From NCBI RefSeq assembly GCF_963921235.1, contig NC_086107.1, positions 98,148,001 through 98,212,000 of the forward strand: a stretch of 64,000 bases of DNA, given 5' to 3'. The stretch comes from Mobula hypostoma (taxonomy: Eukaryota). A program made the translations under genes and the position numbers. Shown here one piece after another: positions 10,726-21,515 of this stretch. Each line of letters opens with the position of its first letter. Position 1 is the first letter of the stretch. Below the pieces are notes generated by a model. That model made no database searches, had not been told where the DNA came from, and saw nothing but the letters and a program-made list of their open reading frames with translations.

Positions 10726-12834
10726 TGTAAATCTGATGTTAGATGGGAAGAAGCTGTCCCTGAAACGTTGTGTGTGTGTCTTCAGGCTCTTGTACCTCCT
10801 CCTCATTCTTCAAACTTCAGCAAGTACAGGCCCAAACAAACCTCAAACATTAATCTTTTGTATCTGCATTCACTCTCATAAAGCACCTCTGGACCATCTC
10901 CAATGCCAGCACATCCAGACTTGGGTATTGGGCCCAAAACTACACACAATACTCAAGGTATAGTTATTCCAAAGCTCTGTACAATTTGCAAAAAAGATGC
11001 ATTTTTCACCTCCTAGTCTACCTCGTTTGTTTTTGCTTTTTATTGTCTACCTGCTCTGCACTTTCTCTGTGGCTGTTGCACCTCATTCTTTGATCATTGT
11101 TTTTACCTCAATGCCCTGTGTAATCTTCTGCTCTGTATGAAGAGTACACAAGACAAGCTTTTCACTGTATCTCAGTATGTGACACGAATAAACCAATAAT
11201 GTCCTCAAATCCTATCAGTATAAAGGCCAACATACCATTTGCCTTCTGAACCTTCTGTGTGCTCACTTTCAGTGACTGATCTACAAAGACACCCTGGCAC
11301 CTCGCCCTGTTCCTACTGTTCTCTTGTTCAGATATTCATCTTCCTGCGTTTGCCACCAGAGTGAATAACCTCAATTTTGTCCGCATTAAACTCCACCTGC
11401 CACGCATCTTCCGTTTGAAGCATGGAAGGATCACCCCTGCCTCCAGTCCACAGCTCGCCCACCCACCCAGCTTTATGCCGTCAGCACCTTGGAGAATTGG
11501 TCGCTTAATTCTCTGGTCATGATCATTAATACCCTGCAGTAGCACGCTGGATGCAGCCTGACACTTGGAAAATAACCCATTTATTCTTACCCTTTTGTCT
11601 CCTGCTGGCCAGCCAATCCTCTGTTCATGTCACCGTTGCTACAGAAAGGCAACATCCACCACCCGAGATGCCATCTTCTTACAGCTACCATTGGACAGGA
11701 GGTAGAGAAGCCTGAAGGGGTAGCAACTTCCCTTCAGCCATTCAGTCCTTGTGGACAAAGAGCAATATAACATGGAAAAGGCCCTTCAGCCCAACTGGCC
11801 CATGCTGACCACAGCATCGTCCCTGCTAGTCCCATTTGCCCGCGTTCGACTCATAAACCTCCAAGCCCCTCCTCTTCATGTACCTGTCCAAATGCCCCTT
11901 CAATGTTGCAATTGTACCCGCCTCAGCCACTTCCTCTGGCAGCTCATCCCAGGTACTCACTAGCCTCTGTGTAAAGAAGTTACCTTTCAGGTCACTTTAA
12001 ATTTCTCCCCTCTTGTATCTGTACCACACAGTTTTGGACTCCCCAACCAACCCTGGTGAAAAGACTATCTTATCCATACCCCTCATGATTCTGTCACCTC
12101 CCGTGAGGTCACCCCTCAATCCTACACTCCAGGGAATACAGATCCAGTGTGTCCTACCTCTCTCTAGAACCCAGGCCCTCTAGTCCAGGCAACATGCTTG
12201 TAAACCTGTTCTGAAGCCTCTCCAGCTCGACAATGTTTTGCCCATAACTTTGCACAATACTTCTTGTGGTTGTTAGAGTGGTTTTGGGGTTTCGGACATA
12301 TACTCTTAGCAATTGAATTTGGCTACCAGTTTTCACATCCGAAAATGTATTGCGGATTTAATTTGGAGAGCAGCTCTGAACAATGGGTTCTTAAAAGCCA
12401 TGAATCCCAGATCAGACAAATGCTGATCAAAATTAATTTGGACGCCTATGATGTGGGTGCGAATGGGGAGATGTGAAGTTTGTGTGTGGTTTCAAAGAAA
12501 GCATCGTCCATACATTGTGAATATGGAATTGTCCTTCCGATGTTTAGCCCCTTGTTGGACCTAATAGACCTTTCGACTGAAAGCATCTCCCTATGATGCC
12601 TGCTGTGCCTTGTGTTGTCGAATGCAGAAGCTGCTTTGTATCTACCAGAATATTTCTCTGGTGGCTTCATTCACGCAACAGTGGTCTCACCAATGATTCA
12701 CACAACTCGATGCCCTGACTGATGAAGGCCGGCGTGCTAAATGTCTTCTTCACCATCCTGTCTACTCGTGAGGCTATTCCCAGTGACACGTGCGCTTGTG
12801 CTCTCAGGTCCCTCGGTTCCACAACACTCAGATT

Positions 12835-13690
12835 TAGGTTCTTATAATATCAGAGAATGTTGACAGTACACAACCTGAAATTTGTACTCTTCACAGACGT
12901 CCACGAAACAAAAGACTCCATGGAATGAATGATAGGACACTGAAGCCCCAAAACCTCCCTTTGCCCCACCCTTCGCAGAAGCATGAGCAAAAGCACCACC
13001 CCCCCACCCCATGACTTGTGCCAGCAAAAGCACCGACACCCCCCCACCACCATGCAAGCAACAGCAAAATGACCTTGATCTAGTCCATCAAAACTGCAGT
13101 CCATAACCCAGCACTTTGGTATCTCAGCCAGGCTCTCTCTCACCAGCGAGGGAGAATGAAGTCGCCTCCTGCAGCAGTGAGAGTGGAGACCAGCAGCTCG
13201 CCGTTCGGATGTTACGACCTTCCGTGATATTTCTCCAAGCCCCCCTCCCGGATCGAGGACCTACTCACTCACCATCAAAAGAGAGAGAGAGGGATCTATC
13301 GAGGACAGGGACCTTCTTCCGATAGCAGCCAGCCATTAGCAAACACACCGCCTGCTGTCTCCGTTTCAGTACCCCATGATGCTTCAGTTGGCAAAAACCA
13401 GCGAGGAGCCAAGGTTATCCATCGGGCTGCACCCAGAAGGCACATGTCTTCCAGGCCGTTCCTGGAGATAGCGAAGTGCCAGGCCACACAGCCGGTCCAA
13501 GAACCCACCGCTTGCGAAGAACCGTAGTTTGAACTGTAGATCACGGACTCCGACAAAACACCAACCACCTTGAAAGGAAAGGAAAGGCATAAGAGAAGAA
13601 GAATAAGCTGTTTCGTGGATGAGCTGGAATAAGTCACCTGGATCTACAAAAACCGCTGGTACCGTCTTTCCGTACTCCTCCGCCCTTTTT
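12835..13690 (-). mobile_element. Non-autonomous LINE-derived element (CpG-rich body, Rex-like 3' UTR)
   Basis: 3' end GGTTGTGTACTGTCAACATTCTCTGATATTA resembles other Rex-like tails. It interrupts an old CR1. Confidence 0.45.
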
Positions 13691-14008
13691 TATCAGTGCC
13701 CTGCCCTGTATAAGTCCTACCCTTTGGTTTGACCATACAAAGTGCTTCACCTCACACTTATCCAAGTGGAAGCCCATTTGCTATTTTTAATCTCCCCGAA
13801 TGATCAAGTTCTCTTTGTAATTCGTTGTAACCTTCTTTAGACCCACAAATTTAGTATCATCAGAAAACTCGCTAATCATGTCTCGAACATTCATATACAG
13901 ATTATTTACATAAAAAATGAACAACAGAGGTCCCAAAACTGACCACTGGGACTCCCCACTAGCCACAGGCTTCCAGTTAGAGAATCAGCCTCCAGCCGTC
14001 ACTTTCTG

Positions 14009-14320
14009 CGGCATGTTAGCGTAGCGGTCAGTGCACGTCCCAGTGACTGGAAGATTCCTACTGCTGTCTGTAAGGAGTTTGTACGTTCTCCCCGTGACCG
14101 CGTAGGTTTCCTCCAGGTGCTCCGGTTTCCTTCCACAGTCCAAAGACGTACGGGTTAGGGGTAGCAAGTTGTGGGCACACTGTGTCAGTGCTAGAGGCAC
14201 GGCAACGCATGCGGCTGCCCCCAGCACATCTCAGACTGTTGACTGTTGACGCAGAAGATGCATTTACTGTAGATTCCAATGTTTTGATGTACATCTGACA
14301 AGTAAAAAGTTAATCTGTCA
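14009..14320 (+). mobile_element. V-SINE (HE1-like)
   Basis: GGTTTCCTCCAGGTGCTCCGGTTTCCTTCCACAGTCCAAAGACGTAC V-domain. Confidence 0.75.
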
Positions 14321-14478
14321 TTGAGCCAACTCCGAGCCACCACCTTGCCAACTCCCCGTGAATCCCGTGTGAACTAACAAGATCAATATGCCATTTAGGA
14401 CCTTGTCAAATCATCACTATCCAGTCAGAGAATCAGCCTTCAACCATCACTTTCTGCGGCATGTTAGCGTAGCGTGCC

Positions 14479-15117
14479 ATGGGCGATCATGGTGACCATG
14501 ATTTGAGTACTGTTGGGGGGGACAGCTTACCCGGGGGAAGCGACAGTGGTCATGCCTCCGGCACAGAGTCCGGCCCTGTAGCTCAGAAGGGTAGGGCAAG
14601 GAAGAGGAGGGCAGTTGTGATAGGGGACTCAATAGTAAGGGGGTCAGATAGGCGATTCTGTGGACGCAGTCCAGAGACCCGGATGGTAGTTTGCCTCCCT
14701 GGTGCCAGGGTCCGGGATATTTCTGATCGTGTCCAAGATATCCTGAAGTGGGAGGGTGAGGAGCCAGAGGTCGTGGTACATATAGGTACCAATGACATAG
14801 GTAGGAAAAGGGATGAGGTCCTGAAAGGAGAATATAGGGAGCTAGGAAGGGAGTTGAGAAAAAGGACCGCAAAGGTAGCAATCTCGGGATTACTGCCTGT
14901 GCCACGCGACAGTGAGAGTAGGAATACGATGAGGTGGAGGATAAATGCGTGGCTGAGGGATTGGAGCAGGGGGCAGGGATTCAAGTTTTTGGATCATTGG
15001 GACCTCTTTTGGCGCAGGCGTGACCTGTACAAAAAGGACGGGTTACACTTGAATCCTAGGGGGACCAATATCCTGGCAGGGAGATTAGCAGGGGCTACTG
15101 AGGTGACTTTAAACTAG
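14479..15117 (+). CDS. CR1 ORF1 SGNH/GDSL esterase domain (N-terminus supplied by flanking sequence)
   Basis: VVIGDSIVRG (block I), HIGTNDIG (block III) and DGLHLN (block V). Uninterrupted. Confidence 0.85.
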   Translation: MGDHGDHDLSTVGGDSLPGGSDSGHASGTESGPVAQKGRARKRRAVVIGDSIVRGSDRRFCGRSPETRMVVCLPGARVRDISDRVQDILKWEGEEPEVVVHIGTNDIGRKRDEVLKGEYRELGRELRKRTAKVAISGLLPVPRDSESRNTMRWRINAWLRDWSRGQGFKFLDHWDLFWRRRDLYKKDGLHLNPRGTNILAGRLAGATEVTLN

Positions 15118-18100
15118 AATGGTTGGGGGGGTGGGAATCAAATTAAGGAGGCTAGGCGTGAGGAGGTTAGTTCACAACAGGGGGATGGGAACCAGTGCCG
15201 AGAGACAGAGGGGTGTAAAGTGAGGGTAGAAGCAAAAAGTACTAAGGAGAAAAGTAAAAGTGGCAGGCCGACAAATCCAGGGCAAGCATTAAAAAGGGCC
15301 ACTTTTCAACATAATCGTCTAAGGGCTAAGAGAGTTGTAAAAGAGCGCCTGAAGGCTTTGTGTGTCAATGCAAGGAGCATTCGTAATAAGGTGGATGAAT
15401 TGAAAGTGCAGATTGTTATTAATGATTATGATATAGTTGGGATCACAGAGACATGGCTCCAGGGTGACCAGGGATGGGAGCTCAACGTTCAGGGATATTC
15501 AATATTCAGGAGGGATAGACATGAAGGAAGGGGAGGTGGGGTGGCGTTGCTGGTTAAAGAAGAGATTAACGCAATAGAAAGGAAGGACATAAGCCGGGAA
15601 GATGTGGAATCGATATGGGTAGAGCTGCGTAACATTAAGGGGCAGAAGACGCTGGTGGGAGTTGTGTACAGGCCACCTAACAGTAGTAGTGAGGTCGGAG
15701 ATGGTATTAAACAGGAAATTAGAAATGAGTGCAATAAAGGAACAGCAGTTATAATGGGTGACTTCAATCTACATGTAGATTGGGTGAACCAAATTGGTAA
15801 AGGTGCTGAGGAAGAGGATTTCTTGGAATGTATGCGGGATGGTTTTTTGAACCAACATGTCAAGGAACCGACTAGAGAGCAGGCTATTCTGGACTGGGTT
15901 TTGAGCAATGAGGAAGGGTTAATTAGCGATCTTGTCGTGAGAGGCCCTTTGGGTAAGAGTGACCATAATATGGTGGAATTCTTCATTAAGATGGAGAGTG
16001 ACATAGTTAATTCAGAAACAAAGGTTCTGAACTTAAAGAGGGGTAACTTTGAAGGTATGAGACGTGAATTAGCTAAGATAGACTGGCAAATGACACTTAA
16101 AGGATTGACGGTGGATATGCAATGGCAAGCATTTAAAGGTTGCATGGATGAGCTACAACAAATGTTTATCCCAGTTTGGCAAAAGAATAAATCAAGGAAG
16201 GTAGTGCACCCGTGGCTGACAAGAGAAATTAGGGATAGTATCAATTCCAAAGAAGAAGCATACAAATTAGCCAGAGAAAGTAGCTCACCTGAGGACTGGG
16301 TGAAATTCAGAGTTCAGCAGAGGAGGACAAAGGGCTTAATTAGGAAGGGGAAAAAAGATTATGAGAGAAAACTGGCAGGGAACATAAAAACGGACTGTAA
16401 AAGCTTTTATAGATATGTAAAAAGGAAAAGACTGGTAAAGACAAATGTAGGTCCCCTGCAGACAGAAACAGGTGAATTGATTATGGGGAGCAAGGACATG
16501 GCAGACCAATTGAATAATTACTTTGGTTCTGTCTTCACTAAGGAGGACATAAATAATCTTCCAGAAATAGTAGGGGACAGAGGGTCCAGTGAGATGGAGG
16601 AACTGAGCGAAATACATGTTAGTAGGGAAGTGATGTTAGGTAAATTGAAGGGATTGAAGGCAGATAAATCCCCAGGACCAGATGGTCTGCATCCTAGAGT
16701 GCTTAAGGAAGTAGCCCAAGAAATAGTGGATGCATTAGTGATAATTTTTCAAAACTCGTTAGATTCTGGACTAGTTCCTGAGGATTGGAGGGTGGCTAAT
16801 GTAACTCCACTTTTTAAAAAAGGAAGGAGAGAGAAACCGGGGAATTATAGACTGGTTAGCCTAACGTCGGTGGTGGGGAAACTGCTGGAGTCAGTTATCA
16901 AGGATGTGATAACAGCACATTTGGAAAGCGGTGAAATGATCGGACAAAGTCAGCATGGATTTGTGAAAGGAAAATCATGTCTGACGAATCTCATAGAATT
17001 TTTTGAGGATGTAACGAGTAGAGTGGATAGGGGAGAACCAGTGGATGTGGTATATTTGGATTTTCAAAAGGCTTTTGACAAGGTCCCACACAGGAGATTA
17101 GTGTGCAAACTTAAAGCACACAGTATTGGGGGTAAGGTATTGGTGTGGGTGGAGAATTGGTTAGCAGACAGGAAGCAAAGAGTGGGAATAAACGGGACCT
17201 TTTCAGAATGGCAGGCAGTGACTAGTGGGGTACCGCAAGGCTCAGTGCTGGGACCCCAGTTGTTTACAATATATATTAATGACTTGGATGGGGGAATTAA
17301 ATGCAGCATCTCCAAGTCTGCGGATGACATGAAGCTGGGTGGCAGTGTTAGCTGTGAGGAGGATGCTAAGAGGATGCAGGGTGACTTGGATAGGTTGGGT
17401 GAGTGGGAAAATTCATGGCAGATGCAATTTAATGTGGATAAATGTGAAGTTATCCACTTTGGTGGCAAAAATAGGAAAACAGATTATTATCTGAATGGTG
17501 GCCGATTAGGAAAATGGGAGGTGCAACGAGACCTGGGTGTCATTATACACCAGTCATTGAAAGTGGGCATGCAGTTACAGCAGACGGTGAAAAAGGCGAA
17601 TGGTATGCTGGCATTTATAGCGAGAGGATTCGAGTACAGGAGCAGGGAGGTACTACTGCAGTTGTACAAGGCCTTGGTGAGACCACATCTGGAGTATTGT
17701 GTGCAGTTTTGGTCCCCTAATCTGAGGAAAGACATCCTTGCCATAGAGGGAGTACAAAGAAGGTTCACCAGATTGATTCCTGGGATGGCAGGACTTTCAT
17801 TTGAAGAAAGACTGGATGAACTGGGCTTGTACTCGTTGGAATTTAGAAGATTGAGGGGGGATCTGATTGAAACGTATAAGATCCTAAAGGGATTGGACAG
17901 GCTAGATGCAGGAAGATTGTTCCCAATGTTGGGGAAGTCCAGAACGAGGGGCCACAGTTTGAGGATAGAGGGGAAGCCTTTTAGGACCGAGATTAGGAAA
18001 AACTTCTTCACACAGAGAGTGGTGAATCTGTGGAATTCTCTGCCACAGGAAACAGTTGAGGCCAGTTCATTGGCTATATTTAAGAGGGAGTTAGATATGG

Positions 18101-18252
18101 CCCTTGTGGCTACAGGGGTCAGGGGGTATGGAGGGAAGGCTGGGGCGGGGTTCTGAGTTGGATGATCAGCCATGATCATAATAAATGGCAGTGCAGGCTC
18201 GAAGGGCCGAATGACCTACTCCTGCACCTATTTTCTATGTTTCTATGTTTCT
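14504..18252 (+). mobile_element. Young CR1 LINE, 5'-truncated within ORF1, TSD ATGATT
   Basis: ORF1 esterase and ORF2, CR1 3' UTR and (TTCTATGT)n tail. ATGATT occurs at 14498-14503 and 18253-18258. Removing the element restores an antisense RTE-tailed SINE (GACCATGATTGTTCTTGGCAAA). Confidence 0.95.
15220..18156 (+). CDS. CR1 ORF2: APE endonuclease + reverse transcriptase (978 codons, no stops)
   Basis: NARSI, GITETWL, MGDFN and SDHN (APE). [24 protein letters not shown] and SADD (RT). The track start is a GTG; the true start is uncertain. Confidence 0.92.
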   Translation: MRVEAKSTKEKSKSGRPTNPGQALKRATFQHNRLRAKRVVKERLKALCVNARSIRNKVDELKVQIVINDYDIVGITETWLQGDQGWELNVQGYSIFRRDRHEGRGGGVALLVKEEINAIERKDISREDVESIWVELRNIKGQKTLVGVVYRPPNSSSEVGDGIKQEIRNECNKGTAVIMGDFNLHVDWVNQIGKGAEEEDFLECMRDGFLNQHVKEPTREQAILDWVLSNEEGLISDLVVRGPLGKSDHNMVEFFIKMESDIVNSETKVLNLKRGNFEGMRRELAKIDWQMTLKGLTVDMQWQAFKGCMDELQQMFIPVWQKNKSRKVVHPWLTREIRDSINSKEEAYKLARESSSPEDWVKFRVQQRRTKGLIRKGKKDYERKLAGNIKTDCKSFYRYVKRKRLVKTNVGPLQTETGELIMGSKDMADQLNNYFGSVFTKEDINNLPEIVGDRGSSEMEELSEIHVSREVMLGKLKGLKADKSPGPDGLHPRVLKEVAQEIVDALVIIFQNSLDSGLVPEDWRVANVTPLFKKGRREKPGNYRLVSLTSVVGKLLESVIKDVITAHLESGEMIGQSQHGFVKGKSCLTNLIEFFEDVTSRVDRGEPVDVVYLDFQKAFDKVPHRRLVCKLKAHSIGGKVLVWVENWLADRKQRVGINGTFSEWQAVTSGVPQGSVLGPQLFTIYINDLDGGIKCSISKSADDMKLGGSVSCEEDAKRMQGDLDRLGEWENSWQMQFNVDKCEVIHFGGKNRKTDYYLNGGRLGKWEVQRDLGVIIHQSLKVGMQLQQTVKKANGMLAFIARGFEYRSREVLLQLYKALVRPHLEYCVQFWSPNLRKDILAIEGVQRRFTRLIPGMAGLSFEERLDELGLYSLEFRRLRGDLIETYKILKGLDRLDAGRLFPMLGKSRTRGHSLRIEGKPFRTEIRKNFFTQRVVNLWNSLPQETVEASSLAIFKRELDMALVATGVRGYGGKAGAGF

Positions 18253-18579
18253 ATGATTGTTCTTGGCAAATTTTCCTGCAGTAGTGCTTTGCCATTTTCC
18301 TTCCTCTGGGCAGTGTCTTTACAAGACAAGTGACCCCAGCCATTATCAATACCCTTCAGAGATTGTCTGCCAGGTGTCAGTGGTCGCATAACCAGGACTT
18401 GTGATGTGCAGCAGCTGCTCATACGACCATCCACCACCTGCTCCCATGACTTCACATGACCCTGATTGGGGGGCTAAGCAGGTGCTACACCATGACCAAG
18501 GGTGACCTGCAGGCTAGCGGAGGGAAGGAAAGCCTTGCATCTCCTTTGGTAGAGACATATCTCCACCCCACCTCCCAAT
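18253..18579 (-). mobile_element. RTE-tailed SINE-like element (split by CR1; 3' tip at 14475-14503)
   Basis: Antisense of the 19010-19385 and 40020-40350 family. Confidence 0.75.
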
Positions 18580-19009
18580 CTTGTCATAGGCCTTCATAAA
18601 AAATCCATATACACAACACCCACAGCTCTAACTTCAAATATCCCCTTAGTTAACATTAAAGAAAAGCTCCAAAATATTCATCCGAAATGACTTCCAATGC
18701 ACAAAACCATGCTAAGTATTCCCGATCAGGCCTTGACTATTAGAGTGATGGTAAATCTTGTCCCTCAGAGTTCCCTCCGGTAACTTCACTACGTTCACCA
18801 GTCTCTAGTTCCCTGACCTGCACTCGAAGTACTTCTTGAACAATTCATCATTAGCTACCCTCCAGTCTTCTAGAACTTCACCAATGGCTAACGACAACAC
18901 AAACATCTCTGCTAGGGCTTCCGGGACTTCTTCCCTGCCCTCCTGTAAGGTCCAGGGGTGCACTTGGTCAGGCCTTGGGGGATTTGTTCTCCTTAGTGTG
19001 CTTCACCGG

Positions 19010-19385
19010 GTGGCAGGGTGGAAATGCGTCTCGGGTGTAAGGTGCTCCTTTGCTCCACTAGCCCGCAGATCACCCTCGGGCAAAGTGTAGCACCCACTTA
19101 GCCCCCCGCTCAGGGTCACGTGAAGCCATGAGAGCAGGTGGTGGACCGTCGTATGAGCAATTGGTGCCTAACACAAGTCCCAGTTATGTGACCACTGATG
19201 TCAGGCAAACAATTGCTGAAGAGTATTGACACTGGCTGGGGTCACCCGTTTTGTAAAGACACAGGCCAAAGAAGGCGATGGCAAACCACTTCTGCAGAAA
19301 AATTTGCCACGAACAATCATGCTCATGGAAAGACCACGATCAGCCAGGTCATACAACACAGCACATAATGAAGCAACATGAATGA
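19010..19385 (+). mobile_element. RTE-tailed SINE-like element
   Basis: GAAGGCGATGGCAAACCACTTCTG...TTGCC resembles BovB/Sauria-type 3' ends. (ATGA)n tail. Confidence 0.65.
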
Positions 19386-20069
19386 ACTTCGAGACTGCTA
19401 ATGCAACCTCCGTCATCGTCTGAAGCCTCATTACTTAATACTTGAACCAACCAGCAAAACCCCAATCACTACAGATCAGCGACACGGTGTCCTCTTTGAC
19501 CTCTTTGCACTAAAATGGACTTAATTTTGTCTAATTGCATTTTCTTGCAAGAGTCATGTATAATTTGATTAGGTTGTGTTTTTTTTGTGAAAACTGCCTG
19601 CAAGCAGCATTTTTCTTTGCGCTTGTGCATAGCTGTACTAGTGCAGATGACAAACTTGACTTCATCTTCAATTTTGCACAATAATCTTTTTTGTGTGACC
19701 TTCTGAAAATTTAATTATATCGCATCACCTCACCCACTCTACCAGTTACATCCTCAAAAAAAATACCAGTAAATTTGTCAACCGTGATTTCCCTTTGCGT
19801 ATCTGTGATGACCGTGGCCAGTTCTGTCATCAGTTTCCAATTATTCTGCCGTTAGATCTCCAACAATGGGCTCCAGCAGTTTGTTCAGCTCCTGCATCAG
19901 GCAGACCATTCTGTCTCCCCTCTTCCTCCTTTAACAACTTAGACCATAAGAGCATAAAACGTAGGAGCAGAATTTGGCCACTCAGGCTATCGAGTCTGCT
20001 CCACCATTCTATCATGAACGATTAATTATCCCTCTCAACCGCATTCTTCTGCCTTCTCTCTGTCACCTT

Positions 20070-20371
20070 TATAGGCATCCGTTAGTCTCATGAGACCATG
20101 GATTTGCGCCTTGGAAGGTTTCCAGGGTGCAGACCTGGGAAAGGTTGTGTGGAAGACCGGCAGTTGCCCATGCTGCAAGTCTCCCCTCTCCACGACACCG
20201 ATGTTGTCCAAGGGAAGGGCATTAGGACCCATACAGCTTGGCACCGGTGTCGTCGCAGAGCACTGTGTGATTAAGTGCCTTGCTCAAGGACACACAGACT
20301 GCCTCAGTCAAGGCTCGAACTAGCGACCTTCAGATCTGTAAACGAACGCCTTAACCACTTGGCCACGCGCC
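20070..20371 (-). mobile_element. tRNA-derived SINE with central GTGTCCTTGAGCAAGGCACTTAA domain
   Basis: Head GGCGCGTGGCCAAGTGGTTAAGGCG...AGTTCGAGCC. Imperfect TSD CTGT(C/A)ACCTT at 20060 and 20371. Confidence 0.8.
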
Positions 20372-21515
20372 TGTAACCTTCAATGCCCTGTCTAACCAAG
20401 AACCTGCCAACCTTTGCTTTAAATATATGCCATGACTTGGCTTCCACAGCAACCTGTGGCAACAAATTCCACAGATATATCATCCTCTGGCTAAAGAAAT
20501 TACTCCTCATCTCTATTCCAAATGGATGACCCCCTATCCTGAGGCTATGCCCTCTGGTCCTCTACTCACCCACTATAGGAAACATCCTTTCCTTATCCAC
20601 TTTACCTAGGCCTTTCTGATAGGTTTCAATGAGATCCCCCCCTCATTCTTCTAAGTTCCAGCAAGTGCAGGCCGAGAGCCGTCACACACTCCTCTTACGT
20701 TAACCCCTTCATTCCCAGAATTATTCTCATGAACCTCTTCTAAACAAACTCCAATGCCAGCACATCTTTTCCTTAACAAAGAGCCCAAATCTGCTCACAA
20801 TACTCCAAATGCAGTTTGACCAATGCCTCATAAAGCCTCAGCATCACGTCCTTGTTCTTATATCCTAGTCCTCTCAAAATAAATGCTAACATTGCATTTG
20901 CCTTCCTCACCACTGACTCAACCTGAAAGTCAACCTGCACAAGAACTCTCAAGTCCCTTTGCACCTCCAATTTTTGAATTTTTTTTCCCCATTTAGAAAA
21001 AAAGTTTACATCTTCATTCCTTCTACCAAAGTGCATGACCATACACTTCCCTACACCATATTCCAACTGCCACTTCTTTGCCCATTCTCCCAATCTGTCC
21101 AAACCTGTTGGCAGACTCCCTACATCCTCAACACCAGATGCCCCTCCACCTACCTTGTATCATCTGCAAACTTGGCCACAAAGCCATCAATTCTGTTATC
21201 AAAATTATTGACATATTATGTGAAATGAAGTAGTTTCAAAACCAATCCCTATGGAGCACCAGTAGTCACCAGCGGCCAACCAGAATATGTCCCCTTTATT
21301 CCGACTCTTTGCCTCCTGCCAGCCAGCCAGTCTTCCACCCATGCTACTATCTTTCCTGTAATACCATGGCCTCTTATCTTGTTACACAGCCTCATGTGTG
21401 GCACCTTCTGAAAATCCAAACAAAGAATATCCACTCACTCTCCTCTGTCTATCCTGCCTGTGAATTCCTCAAAGAATTCCAATAGATTTGTTAGGCAATA
21501 TTTCCCCTTAAGGAA

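Noticed and set aside
12715..12740. CTGATGAAGG as a hammerhead core
   Set aside because: No GAAA or stems follow; it is antisense CR1 coding sequence.
15489..18179. Long antisense ORFs over CR1 ORF2
   Set aside because: Antisense shadows of the coding strand with no recognisable domain.
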